From assembly GCA_018992685.1 (NCBI GenBank), contig JACVGT010000039.1, positions 1 through 38,237 on the forward strand: DNA of 38,237 nucleotides, written 5' to 3'. The notes under the pieces were generated by a model. The model was given only the letters and a program-made list of their open reading frames with translations. It had not been told where the DNA came from and searched no databases. The stretch comes from Theionarchaea archaeon (GTDB lineage: Archaea; Methanobacteriota_B; Thermococci; Methanofastidiosales; SZ-28-30). The position numbers and the translations under genes are program-made. Below are positions 8,856 to 17,303 of this stretch, piece by piece (the stretch's first letter is position 1; each line of letters starts with the position of its first letter).

Positions 8856-11528
8856 ATGAAAGAAAAAAAGGTTACACTTCTCGTCCTGGCAATGTTGTTG
8901 AGTTTGGCCCTTCCTGCAGCTTTTTCTGAGAAGAGTGCATTCACTGTTGACTACACCTTCGAGCCAGTCAAGGCTGATGGGTGCCAGGGATGTGGCTTCT
9001 GGACAATCGAAGACACTCGAGTGTTGAATGAACCAGGAGCTCCGCTGATACCCTACAGGATGGGTACCATTCTTCTCCCCCAGGGCACAGAACTGAAGGA
9101 TGTCAAGGTACGGCATACGAAGCCCCTTGTTCAGTCTGGATTTGATCTTCCGTGGGGCCAGCCACCCTGCACATTCAGTGACAATCCCATGACTGTTGGC
9201 AAGAATGAAGGAATCTATGGCACAGATACTCCATATCCTGGCAAAACACTTGAGATCGTGGGCATCCAGTACTGCAGAGGATTCGCGCTCCTCTATATTC
9301 ACTTGTTCCCAGTCCAGTATATGCCCGAATCTGGATCAGTGAAATTCTATCCGAACCTGACTGTGGATATTCAATTCACCACGGGCAAAAAGAACAACCT
9401 GTACAGAGGACTGGCTTCTGACAAAGCAGCTGTGATGGACATGGTGGATAATCCCGAAGTCGTTGAAACATACGAAGATGGACCGTTCCCCCTGGCTTCT
9501 GAAGAGTACATTATTATTACCAGCGACACCATGCAGTCAACGTTCCAGACATTAGCCACCTATAAGATGGGATACGTGAATGGAGCTTCTGTCTATACAG
9601 TCTCCTGGATCATAGCCAACTACTCCGGGGTAGACAATGCAGAGAAAATCAGAAACTTCATCATTGATAAGTATACCAATAACGGTACCAAGTATGTCCT
9701 GCTGGGCGGAGACATCTCTGCTGTTCCATACAGAGGATTTTATGTGTCGACTGGTGGATACACTGATTATGACATGCTGGCCGACATGTATTTTGCCCAC
9801 TTGGATGGTTCCCACAATGAAGATGGTGACAGCTACTGGGGCGAGACTCATGACAGTGTCGACTTCGCTGCAGAGATTGCTGTTGGCAGAGCACCCTGTG
9901 AGACAGTAACGGAAGCTTCGAATTTTGTCAACAAGGTCATAGCACATGACCAGGCAGAAAAGCCCAATAAGGTACTGTTCCACCAGTCCAGAGTACAGTC
10001 TGGCAACACGCCTGACTCCAGATGCCTGGCCTGGAACTGTGCTCAATGGCTGCCTGACTACTATGACATGGAGTATCTCTTTGAGGAGGTAGATGGCGTG
10101 ACCAAGCAAGAGTGGATCGATGCGTGGGCAGCCGGCCCAGTTTCAGTAGTCCACATTGGCCACGGAAATTCTGAGGTCTACTACATCAACCTCGAAAAGG
10201 ATGTTGGCACAGTCAGCTGGTACGGCTCAGATGTGGCTGCGATGACCAACACGTTCTGGCCTTGGACCACAAGCGTCGCCTGCATCTGTGGACAGATCGA
10301 GTACAATGACTGCCTGGCAGAACAATATGTCAAGGACCCTGACAACGGAGCTATTGCAGCCATTTATAATGACAACTATGGCTGGTTCAACACGATTAAT
10401 GCATGCATGTACTCTGGCGAATTCTGCGAAATGGAGTTCAGAGCCTGTTGGAGCGACGGGGAAGGAAGAGCTGGTGATATGCTGAACAAGGCACGAAGCT
10501 ATCTGGCGTCGTCAGCACAGACGGACTCGACCTACCGGTGGTGCCACTATGAGAGGAATATTGTAGGAGATCCTCATATACGCGTGAAAAATGGTACCTC
10601 GGAGTCACCTCCTCCAGAAGGGAGTATTCAAATTACCACGCCCACTGCTGGATCAGAAGTTTCAGGTCTCGTCACAATCAAGATTTCCTCGACAGGATGT
10701 GTCAGCCTTGTGACGGGCTTGATTACCTATCAAGGGGTGCAAGTGCTCGCTGATGAATATGATCTTCTTCCTATAAACGGCCCGCCATTCATGTATTCGT
10801 GGGACACGCTTGAGCGAGACAATATGGGGGCGTTCAAGTACGAGAATGGAAGATACAAGATTTCAGTGAATGGATACTGTCCCAACTACTCCTCAGTTGT
10901 ATGTTCTAACAGTATTGAGGTCATTCTGAAGAACTACAGCGTCTGGCTGATCAGCCCGTCAGAGGGGGAAATCATCTCAGGTACGATCACGGTGGATGTG
11001 GATACTCTGGGAATGGACATGGTTGAGTTTTACATTGATGGGACCTTGAGGTCCACAGACACAGATGCACCCTTCCAGTTCAGTTGGGATACTACCCATG
11101 ATTCTGATGGTACTCACACTGTTGAGGTGAAAGGTTACTGCGAGGGATTGTTCAAAGATAGTTTCACTGTCACTGTCACCGTGGAGAATTACACCGACTA
11201 CTATGTAACTATTACAAATCCTTCAGAGGGTCAAACTGTCTCTGGAACTGTGAACATTACCACAACCACCAACTGCGAGGAAGTGCGGTTTTATGTCGAC
11301 GGCACCCTGGTGAGGGTTGATACAGCATCGCCATTTGACTACACCTGGGACACCACTGGATACTCTGATGGAACCCACACGATATTGGCTGAGGGATACA
11401 TTGGTGGCATGTTTATGGCTGAGGACTCCGTTGTATGCACGGTCAACAACAGTGGAGAGTGTCTCGGAACGATCCTGGTTGCCTTGCTCTTGCTACTAGG
11501 TGCTGCAGGAACCTGGAGAACACGGTGA
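8856..11528 (+). CDS. C25 family (gingipain-like) cysteine peptidase with propeptide, Ig-like repeats and C-terminal anchor
   Basis: GGAGGT SD and signal peptide. Propeptide motif EPGAPLIP; EYIIIT, YVLLGGD, ADMYFA, VGRAP; catalytic-dyad-like HIGHG and SVACICG; three Ig-like repeats (ITNPSEGQTVSG..V.FYVDG..PF.YTWDTT..DGTHT); tail GECLGT-TM-RTR. Confidence 0.9.
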   Translation: MKEKKVTLLVLAMLLSLALPAAFSEKSAFTVDYTFEPVKADGCQGCGFWTIEDTRVLNEPGAPLIPYRMGTILLPQGTELKDVKVRHTKPLVQSGFDLPWGQPPCTFSDNPMTVGKNEGIYGTDTPYPGKTLEIVGIQYCRGFALLYIHLFPVQYMPESGSVKFYPNLTVDIQFTTGKKNNLYRGLASDKAAVMDMVDNPEVVETYEDGPFPLASEEYIIITSDTMQSTFQTLATYKMGYVNGASVYTVSWIIANYSGVDNAEKIRNFIIDKYTNNGTKYVLLGGDISAVPYRGFYVSTGGYTDYDMLADMYFAHLDGSHNEDGDSYWGETHDSVDFAAEIAVGRAPCETVTEASNFVNKVIAHDQAEKPNKVLFHQSRVQSGNTPDSRCLAWNCAQWLPDYYDMEYLFEEVDGVTKQEWIDAWAAGPVSVVHIGHGNSEVYYINLEKDVGTVSWYGSDVAAMTNTFWPWTTSVACICGQIEYNDCLAEQYVKDPDNGAIAAIYNDNYGWFNTINACMYSGEFCEMEFRACWSDGEGRAGDMLNKARSYLASSAQTDSTYRWCHYERNIVGDPHIRVKNGTSESPPPEGSIQITTPTAGSEVSGLVTIKISSTGCVSLVTGLITYQGVQVLADEYDLLPINGPPFMYSWDTLERDNMGAFKYENGRYKISVNGYCPNYSSVVCSNSIEVILKNYSVWLISPSEGEIISGTITVDVDTLGMDMVEFYIDGTLRSTDTDAPFQFSWDTTHDSDGTHTVEVKGYCEGLFKDSFTVTVTVENYTDYYVTITNPSEGQTVSGTVNITTTTNCEEVRFYVDGTLVRVDTASPFDYTWDTTGYSDGTHTILAEGYIGGMFMAEDSVVCTVNNSGECLGTILVALLLLLGAAGTWRTR

Positions 11529-11540
11529 ATCTCAAATCTC

Positions 11541-11558
11541 TTTTTATTTTTCTTTTTT
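11541..11558 (+). terminator. Oligo-T terminator candidate
   Basis: TTTTTATTTTTCTTTTTT starting 12 nt after the peptidase stop codon. Confidence 0.55.
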
Positions 11559-11787
11559 GAAGATGCAATGATTTCAATGGAAAACAGAGACTATTGGTCA
11601 ACAAAGGAATCACCTTACTTTCTTCAAATAGAGAATAATTCCTCCAGTTATGATGAAAATTGAAAAGAGCACTATTTCTGGCTTTATTCTCCAGAGGCAG
11701 CTCGTTTGATTGCAGATCCTGTATTCCAGGATTTTGCTTATTCTTTATATGAAGGTGTCAATGCACAAAAAGTGAAATCCCTCTGCT

Positions 11788-12645
11788 TCAGGAAGTACTC
11801 TCTTCAAGACTCAGTTTTCGATATCTCATTCGCCTCTGGTCATACCTCATGGGGTGTTCACAGCGGAATTCGAATACTATGTCATGCGGAATCTGTTCTG
11901 AGAACCAAGGCGCATAAAAGTCCCAATCACCGTCCACCTGGTTAGCACCTGTTGCAGTAACGTCTACCATGTAAGCTTCTCTATAATAAGTCCATGCTTT
12001 CCGATAATAGTCCATGGCTGCTTCAGAATTGCCCGCTTTCTGGTAGATGTAGCCAATCTCTTCATGCAGCCAGGCTCTTTCTATGGAATGGAGAGATTCT
12101 TTCTCAGGACCAATTCTTTCCCACGCTTCAAGAGCTTTTTGATTGTATGTTCGAGCTTCCCTCATGTTGTGAGCCTTCTCCCAGAAATCAGAAGCATATT
12201 GGAATAGTTGAGGCTGGAAGTATGTGCTTTCATCGGCCTCCTTCGAATGTTCCGCGGCCAATTCTGTATAAAGGGATTGGGCTAGGGTATGGTCCCCAAT
12301 TCCTTGGTAAACTCTGGCCAGCCAACGTTTAGTTGGGTAGGGATTGTTCAGAGCAGTTTCTCGTGCTTCTTCTTTTCTTCCGAGTGCAATCAAGCAATTC
12401 ACACGAATATGGATCCATGGATATTTAGATTGCTCTTCATATTCCAGCGTTTTCCTATACTGGGACTGTGCTTTCTCTCTTTCTCCCAGAAGCCTGTAGA
12501 TACGGGCAACATCAAAACTGTAGAACGTAACTGTAGAAAAATCCTTTCTCTCAAGTTCTTGTTGCAGTCTGGAGCAAGATTTATGTAAGAGCCTCTTGAG
12601 TTCTCGTCTTGTGAAGAGTGCTTCTGCTATTTTGGAGTATTCCAT
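11788..12645 (-). CDS. TPR-like cytoplasmic protein, copy 3 (putative immunity protein)
   Basis: 285 aa, no signal peptide. TPR-like AWLHEEIGYIYQKAGNSEAAMDYYRKA. Paralog of the two genes upstream. Confidence 0.8.
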   Translation of the reverse strand: MEYSKIAEALFTRRELKRLLHKSCSRLQQELERKDFSTVTFYSFDVARIYRLLGEREKAQSQYRKTLEYEEQSKYPWIHIRVNCLIALGRKEEARETALNNPYPTKRWLARVYQGIGDHTLAQSLYTELAAEHSKEADESTYFQPQLFQYASDFWEKAHNMREARTYNQKALEAWERIGPEKESLHSIERAWLHEEIGYIYQKAGNSEAAMDYYRKAWTYYREAYMVDVTATGANQVDGDWDFYAPWFSEQIPHDIVFEFRCEHPMRYDQRRMRYRKLSLEESTS

Positions 12646-12656
12646 TGTATCATCTC

Positions 12657-12850
12657 TTAATACGTACTGATCAGTTTGAATCCTTCACATAGCCATTTGC
12701 CAATGATAGTGGAGTATTCTTCCTTGGTTGTATCGTACATGTAGGGTGAATGACAATCCGCTCTGTATGCTGTTCTCAGTTCGCAAAATTCTCTAGAGTT
12801 TTTCCTTATAAATACTTCCCACTCCTTTCCCGCACTATCGAAGAAATGAC
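12657..12850 (-). pseudogene. Orphan C-terminal fragment (variant) of the 15597..17303 protein
   Basis: DSAGKEWEVFIRKNSREFCELRTAYRADCHSPY...IIGKWLCEGFKLISTY aligns without gaps to the last ~62 aa of the 568-aa protein. Confidence 0.85.
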
Positions 12851-12989
12851 ATTGGTGAAATCTATGAAGTGAGGGACAAGTGGTCTTTTCCCCCACCCGT
12901 TTGCCCACCGAATTCGGAGTTTGTCAAGGAGAGAAGACAATATTCTTCAGGGACAAGAGCTTCTACTGAGGATCAGCATTGTGTCTAAT

Positions 12990-13230
12990 CTTCTCTTGCA
13001 GCATGAGAATCTGTATTGTAGTCGCTTCGAGTCAGACTTCCATAGCCGCTCAAACCCAAAGTCAATCATGTGCAATTCTGGAAGCTGCATGTGGAACCAC
13101 TGTGCATAAAAATCCCGATCACCATCTACCTGATGAGCACCAATGGCAGTAGAATCTTCTGTACAGGCTTTTCTATACGTGATCTTGGCCTTTTGATAGT
13201 ATTTCATGGCAACTTCAAACTGTACAATGG
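12990..13230 (-). pseudogene. Relic 3' part of a divergent TPR-protein allele
   Basis: FEVAMKYYQKAKITYRKACTEDSTAIGAHQVDGDRDFYAQWF...KRLQYR aligns to the C-terminal third of the TPR proteins. The 5' part is absent. Confidence 0.75.
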
Positions 13231-14115
13231 TCAGGAAAGGCTGTCCCATGATCCATCAGGGTCTTCACTCTTTCTAGTACTGAGCTTCCGATATCTCATT
13301 CGCCTCTGGTCATACCTCATGGGGTGTTCACAGCGGAATTCGAATACTATGTCATGTGGAATCTGTTCTAAGAACCAAGGCGCATAGAAATCCCAATCAC
13401 CATCGAATAGATGATCCACTGTGGCCTCTAAATCCTCTGTATAAGCTTCTTTGTAATAGACCCATGCCTTCCGATAATAGTCCATGGCTGCTTCAAAATT
13501 GCCCGCTTTCTGGTAGATGTAACCAACCTCTTCGTGCAGCCAGGCTCTTTCTATGGGACGGAGAGACTCTTTCTCAGGACCAATTCTTTCCCAAACTTCA
13601 ACTGCTTTTTGATTGTATGTTCGAGCTTCCTTCATATTGCCAGCTTTTTCCCAAAAGTCAGAAGCATATTGGAATAGTTGTGGCCGAAAGTATGTGCTCT
13701 CATCAGCTTCTCTTGACTGTCCTGTTGCCAATTCCGTATAGAAATCTTGGGCAAGATCATAGTCTCCAAGTTCCTCATACAGATGTGCCAACAGGTTTTT
13801 CGTCGGATAAGGATCGTTCAAGACAACTTCTCGTGCTTCTTCTTTTCTTCCGAGTGCAATCAAGCATTTTCTCCTTATCTCCCTCCATTGATGTTTCGAT
13901 TGTTCAATGTATTCCAGCGTTTTTTCGCACTGGGACTGTGCCTTCTCTGGTTCTCCTAAGAACTGGTAAAGGCGGACTATATCAAAACTATAAAACGTAG
14001 CTATTGAGAAGTCTTTTCTCTCAAGTTCTTGCTGGAGTTCGGAGCAAGACTTCTGCAAGAGCCTCTTGAGTTCTCGTTTTGTGAAAAGCGCCTCTACTAT
14101 TTCGGAATATTCCAC
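13231..14115 (-). CDS. TPR-like cytoplasmic protein, copy 2 (putative immunity protein)
   Basis: True start is most likely GTG 14115 (AAGGTG SD; aligns with MEYSE of the paralogs; 294 aa), not 14208 as in the ORF track. Confidence 0.8.
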   Translation of the reverse strand: MEYSEIVEALFTKRELKRLLQKSCSELQQELERKDFSIATFYSFDIVRLYQFLGEPEKAQSQCEKTLEYIEQSKHQWREIRRKCLIALGRKEEAREVVLNDPYPTKNLLAHLYEELGDYDLAQDFYTELATGQSREADESTYFRPQLFQYASDFWEKAGNMKEARTYNQKAVEVWERIGPEKESLRPIERAWLHEEVGYIYQKAGNFEAAMDYYRKAWVYYKEAYTEDLEATVDHLFDGDWDFYAPWFLEQIPHDIVFEFRCEHPMRYDQRRMRYRKLSTRKSEDPDGSWDSLS

Positions 14116-14126
14116 AACGTCACCTT

Positions 14127-14320
14127 CTAGTACATGCTGATTTGCTTGAATTTTTCGTACAGCCATTTTGCAATGATTGTAAGACGGTTGCTTCCGTCTT
14201 CTCTGCACTTATACGGTGGGGGGCAATCCACTCTGTACGCTGTTCTCAGTTGATAAAACTCTTCAAAGTATTTCCTTATAAGCACTGCCCATTCCTTTCC
14301 TGCACTATCGATGAAGTGAC
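14127..14320 (-). pseudogene. Orphan C-terminal fragment (hybrid variant) of the 15597..17303 protein
   Basis: Manual translation HFIDSAGKEWAVLIRKYFEEFYQLRTAYRVDCPPPYKCREDGSNRLTIIAKWLYEKFKQISMY*. No start codon. Confidence 0.85.
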
Positions 14321-14459
14321 ATCGGTGAAATCTATGAAGTGAACAACAAGTGAATTTTTTCCGTTATCCATCTACCCACCGAACTTAGAGTATGTCAAGG
14401 AGAGAAGACAATATTCTTCAGGGACAAGACCCTCTACTGAGGATCAGCATTGTGTCTAA

Positions 14460-14700
14460 TTTTCCCTTTCAGTATGAGAATTCTGTATTGCAGTCGCTTC
14501 GAGTTAAACTCCTATGGCCGCTCATACCCAAAGTCGATCATGTGCAATTCTGGAAGCTGCATATGGAACCACTGTGCATAGGCGTCAATCACCATCTACC
14601 TGATGAGCACCAGTGGCAGTAGGATCTTCTGTACAGGCTCTTCTATACGTGATCCTGGTCTTTTGATAGTATTTCATGACAACTTCAAACTGTACAACGG
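14460..14700 (-). pseudogene. Second relic 3' part of the divergent TPR allele, with stop codons and a frameshift
   Basis: FEVVMKYYQKTRITYRRACTEDPTATGAHQVDGD* / AYAQWFHMQLPELHMIDFGYERP*EFNSKRLQYR. Confidence 0.75.
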
Positions 14701-15585
14701 TCAGGAAACGCTGTCCCATGATCCATCAGTGTCTTCACTCTTTCTAGTACTGAGCTTCCGATATCTCATCCGTCTCTGATCATACCTCATTGGATGTTCA
14801 CAACGGAATTCGAACACAATGCCATACGGAATCTGTTCTGAGAACCAAGGCGCATAGAAATCCCAATCACCATCAAATTGATTAGCGCCAGTTGCAGTAA
14901 CATCTATCATGTAAGCATCTCTGTAGTAGGCCCAGGCTTTTCGATAATAGTCCATGGCTGTTTCAGAATCGCCCGCTTTCTGGTAGATATAGCCAATCTC
15001 CTCATGCAACCAGGCTTTTTCTATTGAAATGTGAGATTCTTCCCCGGATCTGACTTTTTCCCACGCTTCAACTGCCTTTTGATTGTATATTCTAGATTCC
15101 CTCATATTACTAGCCTTTTCCCAGAAATCAGAAGCATACTGGAACAGTTGAGGCTGGAAGTTCGTGCTCTCATCGGCCTCCTTCGAATGTTCCGCGGCCA
15201 ATTCTGCATAGTAAGTCTGAGCAAGATCATGGTCTTCAAGTTCCTCATATAGGTACGCGAAAAGTCTTTTGGTCGGATAAGGATCGCTTAAAACGATCTC
15301 TTGTGCTTCTTCTTTTTTTCCAAGAGCAATTAGGCATTTTCTCCATATCCCCCTCCATTGATGTCTCGATTGCTTAATGTATTCCAGCGTTTTTTCGCAC
15401 TGGGACTGTGCCTTCTCTGGTTCTCCTAAGAACTGGTAAATGCGAACCATGTCAAAACTATAAAACGTGGCAATCGAGAGATCCTTTTTTTCAAGTTCTT
15501 GCTGGAGTCTGCAGTAGGACTTCTGTAAGAGCCTTTCAAGTTCTCGTTTTGTGAATAGTGCTTCTACTATTTCAGAATATTCCAT
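14701..15585 (-). CDS. TPR-like cytoplasmic protein, copy 1 (putative cognate immunity protein)
   Basis: 294 aa. Starts 11 nt after the stop of the 568-aa gene, with an AAGGTG SD and no signal peptide. Confidence 0.8.
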   Translation of the reverse strand: MEYSEIVEALFTKRELERLLQKSYCRLQQELEKKDLSIATFYSFDMVRIYQFLGEPEKAQSQCEKTLEYIKQSRHQWRGIWRKCLIALGKKEEAQEIVLSDPYPTKRLFAYLYEELEDHDLAQTYYAELAAEHSKEADESTNFQPQLFQYASDFWEKASNMRESRIYNQKAVEAWEKVRSGEESHISIEKAWLHEEIGYIYQKAGDSETAMDYYRKAWAYYRDAYMIDVTATGANQFDGDWDFYAPWFSEQIPYGIVFEFRCEHPMRYDQRRMRYRKLSTRKSEDTDGSWDSVS

Positions 15586-15596
15586 AATGTCACCTT

Positions 15597-17303
15597 CTAG
15601 TAGATACTAATTTGCCTGAATTTTTCGCACAGCCATTTTGCAATGATTGTAAGACGGTTGCTTCCGTCTTCTCTGCACTTATACGGTGGAGGGCAATCCA
15701 CTCTGTACGCTGATATGAGTTGATAAAAGCCCTTATAGTATTTTTCTATGAATACTGCCCATTCCTTTCCTGCATCATCAACGTAGTAGTAGATGTATCG
15801 CCCCGTTTTTGCATTGTAGAACAGCTTCGATGCTCGTTCTATAATTTCCTGAATCATATGCTTATCATCAAGTATGGCTTGGTGACTGCTCGCTACACAC
15901 TCCTTTGTTGACTGTGCCCTCTGCGGAATGTGTGCCTGTCCATATGAACCTTCCACAACGATAACTACCTGTTTCCCGTCAATCCAGCCAGGGACTGCTG
16001 GTGGCCATTCGTATCCGACAGAAGGAGCAGTGACAACTAACAGGAAGACTGCTCCCACCACTCCAACAGCTATGGAAAGTACGGTCACGCATGCATCCAG
16101 GATGGCATAAAGAATGGCCAAGATATCTGGAAGAGTCAAAGTCCACCCGATTTCACCGAGTTCTGTATACACAAACATTGGAAGCATCACCAAGAGCTCC
16201 ATAAAGCTGAGATCTGGCTTCTTCACAAAAACGAGAGCAACCCCCAGATTGTTTGTCTCATCCAGTTCTTCCACATCACCCACAAAATCACCTAGTGGGC
16301 TGGCCGTGTACGCGGAAGCACTCTCTTCTGGCACCTGAAGAGCAGAGTATGACCGTATGTCAGATAGTGAACACTCTCTCAGAGCATCCGTATACACCTC
16401 AATCTCGGAGATCCCCAGGGCTGTGTCACCATTCAAAGCGGTGAGGGCTCCGCAGTGTATCTGCAGCCCAATAAAGAAATCTGCCATATATTCTGCTTCT
16501 CCTTTCCGGAGTTCCTGCTCTGCTGCCTTGTACACCTCTTTGGAGAATGCCTTGACATGTTCCAACGAGGGCTGGCTTTCAGACATTGCCTGAATGGCCT
16601 CAACCAGCTTTTCTTCAGCATTCTGAAGTCTTGGCCCATCATCCTTTTTCTTTCCTTTTCCCGGGGTTTCCTCTAATAAGAGCTTTAATGCAGCTATGGA
16701 TAACGTCGTCTGGATATCCAGTAACTCTGTCTGCTGCTCTTTTACCACCTGTGATGCAGTATGGAGCGTGGAATAGTGACCTACCAGAATGTCCTGGAGC
16801 TCCGAGATCTGGTCATCTGTGAATCCTGCCTGGTAGAGGCGGTCCCGTTCCTCAGGGGCAAATCCTCTGACTGCATAGTTGTGAAAATCATTGAAAGTGG
16901 CTAACCACTCTATGATCTCAGCTATATCCTCATCTGTATATCCGAGATCAGTCAAAGATTCCTTCCGGCTGTCAGATAACCCCATGAGGAGAATGATTTC
17001 CAGGTGGTTCTGGAGACTCACCTGTAGGGCATCATGGATATCCTGGGAAGCATTCTGCGCTTTTCCTATCTGGAGGGCAGTAGTCTCAATTGCCTGCAGT
17101 GTATGCTGATAGACGGCCTGCGTATTCTTTCCCTGCTGCAATTCCATGTATAAGAGGGTCACATCTTTCTGGAGAGAATAGAGGTCCTCGCGGTATTCTC
17201 TATACACGGGGAAATCAGTGTCTTCACAATCTCCAGGAAGAGCAGGATTGTTACAGAATGCCAGGATGAGTATGAGAGTCAGAGAGAGTGCTGCAGCCTT
17301 CAT
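15597..17303 (-). CDS. Secreted protein with helical N-region, hydrophobic segment and putative C-terminal toxin (BECR-like RNase) domain
   Basis: Signal peptide MKAAALSLTLILILAFC; long helical region; ~60-aa hydrophobic stretch; C-terminal ~135 aa with GQAHI..R, an aromatic beta-meander and LISAY. The toxin call is inferred from architecture and context. Confidence 0.65.
   Translation of the reverse strand: MKAAALSLTLILILAFCNNPALPGDCEDTDFPVYREYREDLYSLQKDVTLLYMELQQGKNTQAVYQHTLQAIETTALQIGKAQNASQDIHDALQVSLQNHLEIILLMGLSDSRKESLTDLGYTDEDIAEIIEWLATFNDFHNYAVRGFAPEERDRLYQAGFTDDQISELQDILVGHYSTLHTASQVVKEQQTELLDIQTTLSIAALKLLLEETPGKGKKKDDGPRLQNAEEKLVEAIQAMSESQPSLEHVKAFSKEVYKAAEQELRKGEAEYMADFFIGLQIHCGALTALNGDTALGISEIEVYTDALRECSLSDIRSYSALQVPEESASAYTASPLGDFVGDVEELDETNNLGVALVFVKKPDLSFMELLVMLPMFVYTELGEIGWTLTLPDILAILYAILDACVTVLSIAVGVVGAVFLLVVTAPSVGYEWPPAVPGWIDGKQVVIVVEGSYGQAHIPQRAQSTKECVASSHQAILDDKHMIQEIIERASKLFYNAKTGRYIYYYVDDAGKEWAVFIEKYYKGFYQLISAYRVDCPPPYKCREDGSNRLTIIAKWLCEKFRQISIY

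Larger units (their letters stand above)
11820..15785. repeat. Tandem repeat of a 1470-bp unit (about 2.7 copies)
   Basis: Equivalent landmarks: ATATCTCAT at 11821/13291/14761, start codons at 12645/14115/15585, toxin-tip stops at 12657/14127/15597. Confidence 0.95.

Noticed and set aside
14116-14208. 31-aa N-terminal extension of TPR copy 2 in the ORF track
   Set aside because: It overlaps the orphan toxin tip in another frame. The paralogs and the SD support GTG 14115.
11788-15785. Diversity-generating retroelement as the source of variation
   Set aside because: There is no reverse transcriptase in the window, and the differences between copies are not adenine-specific.
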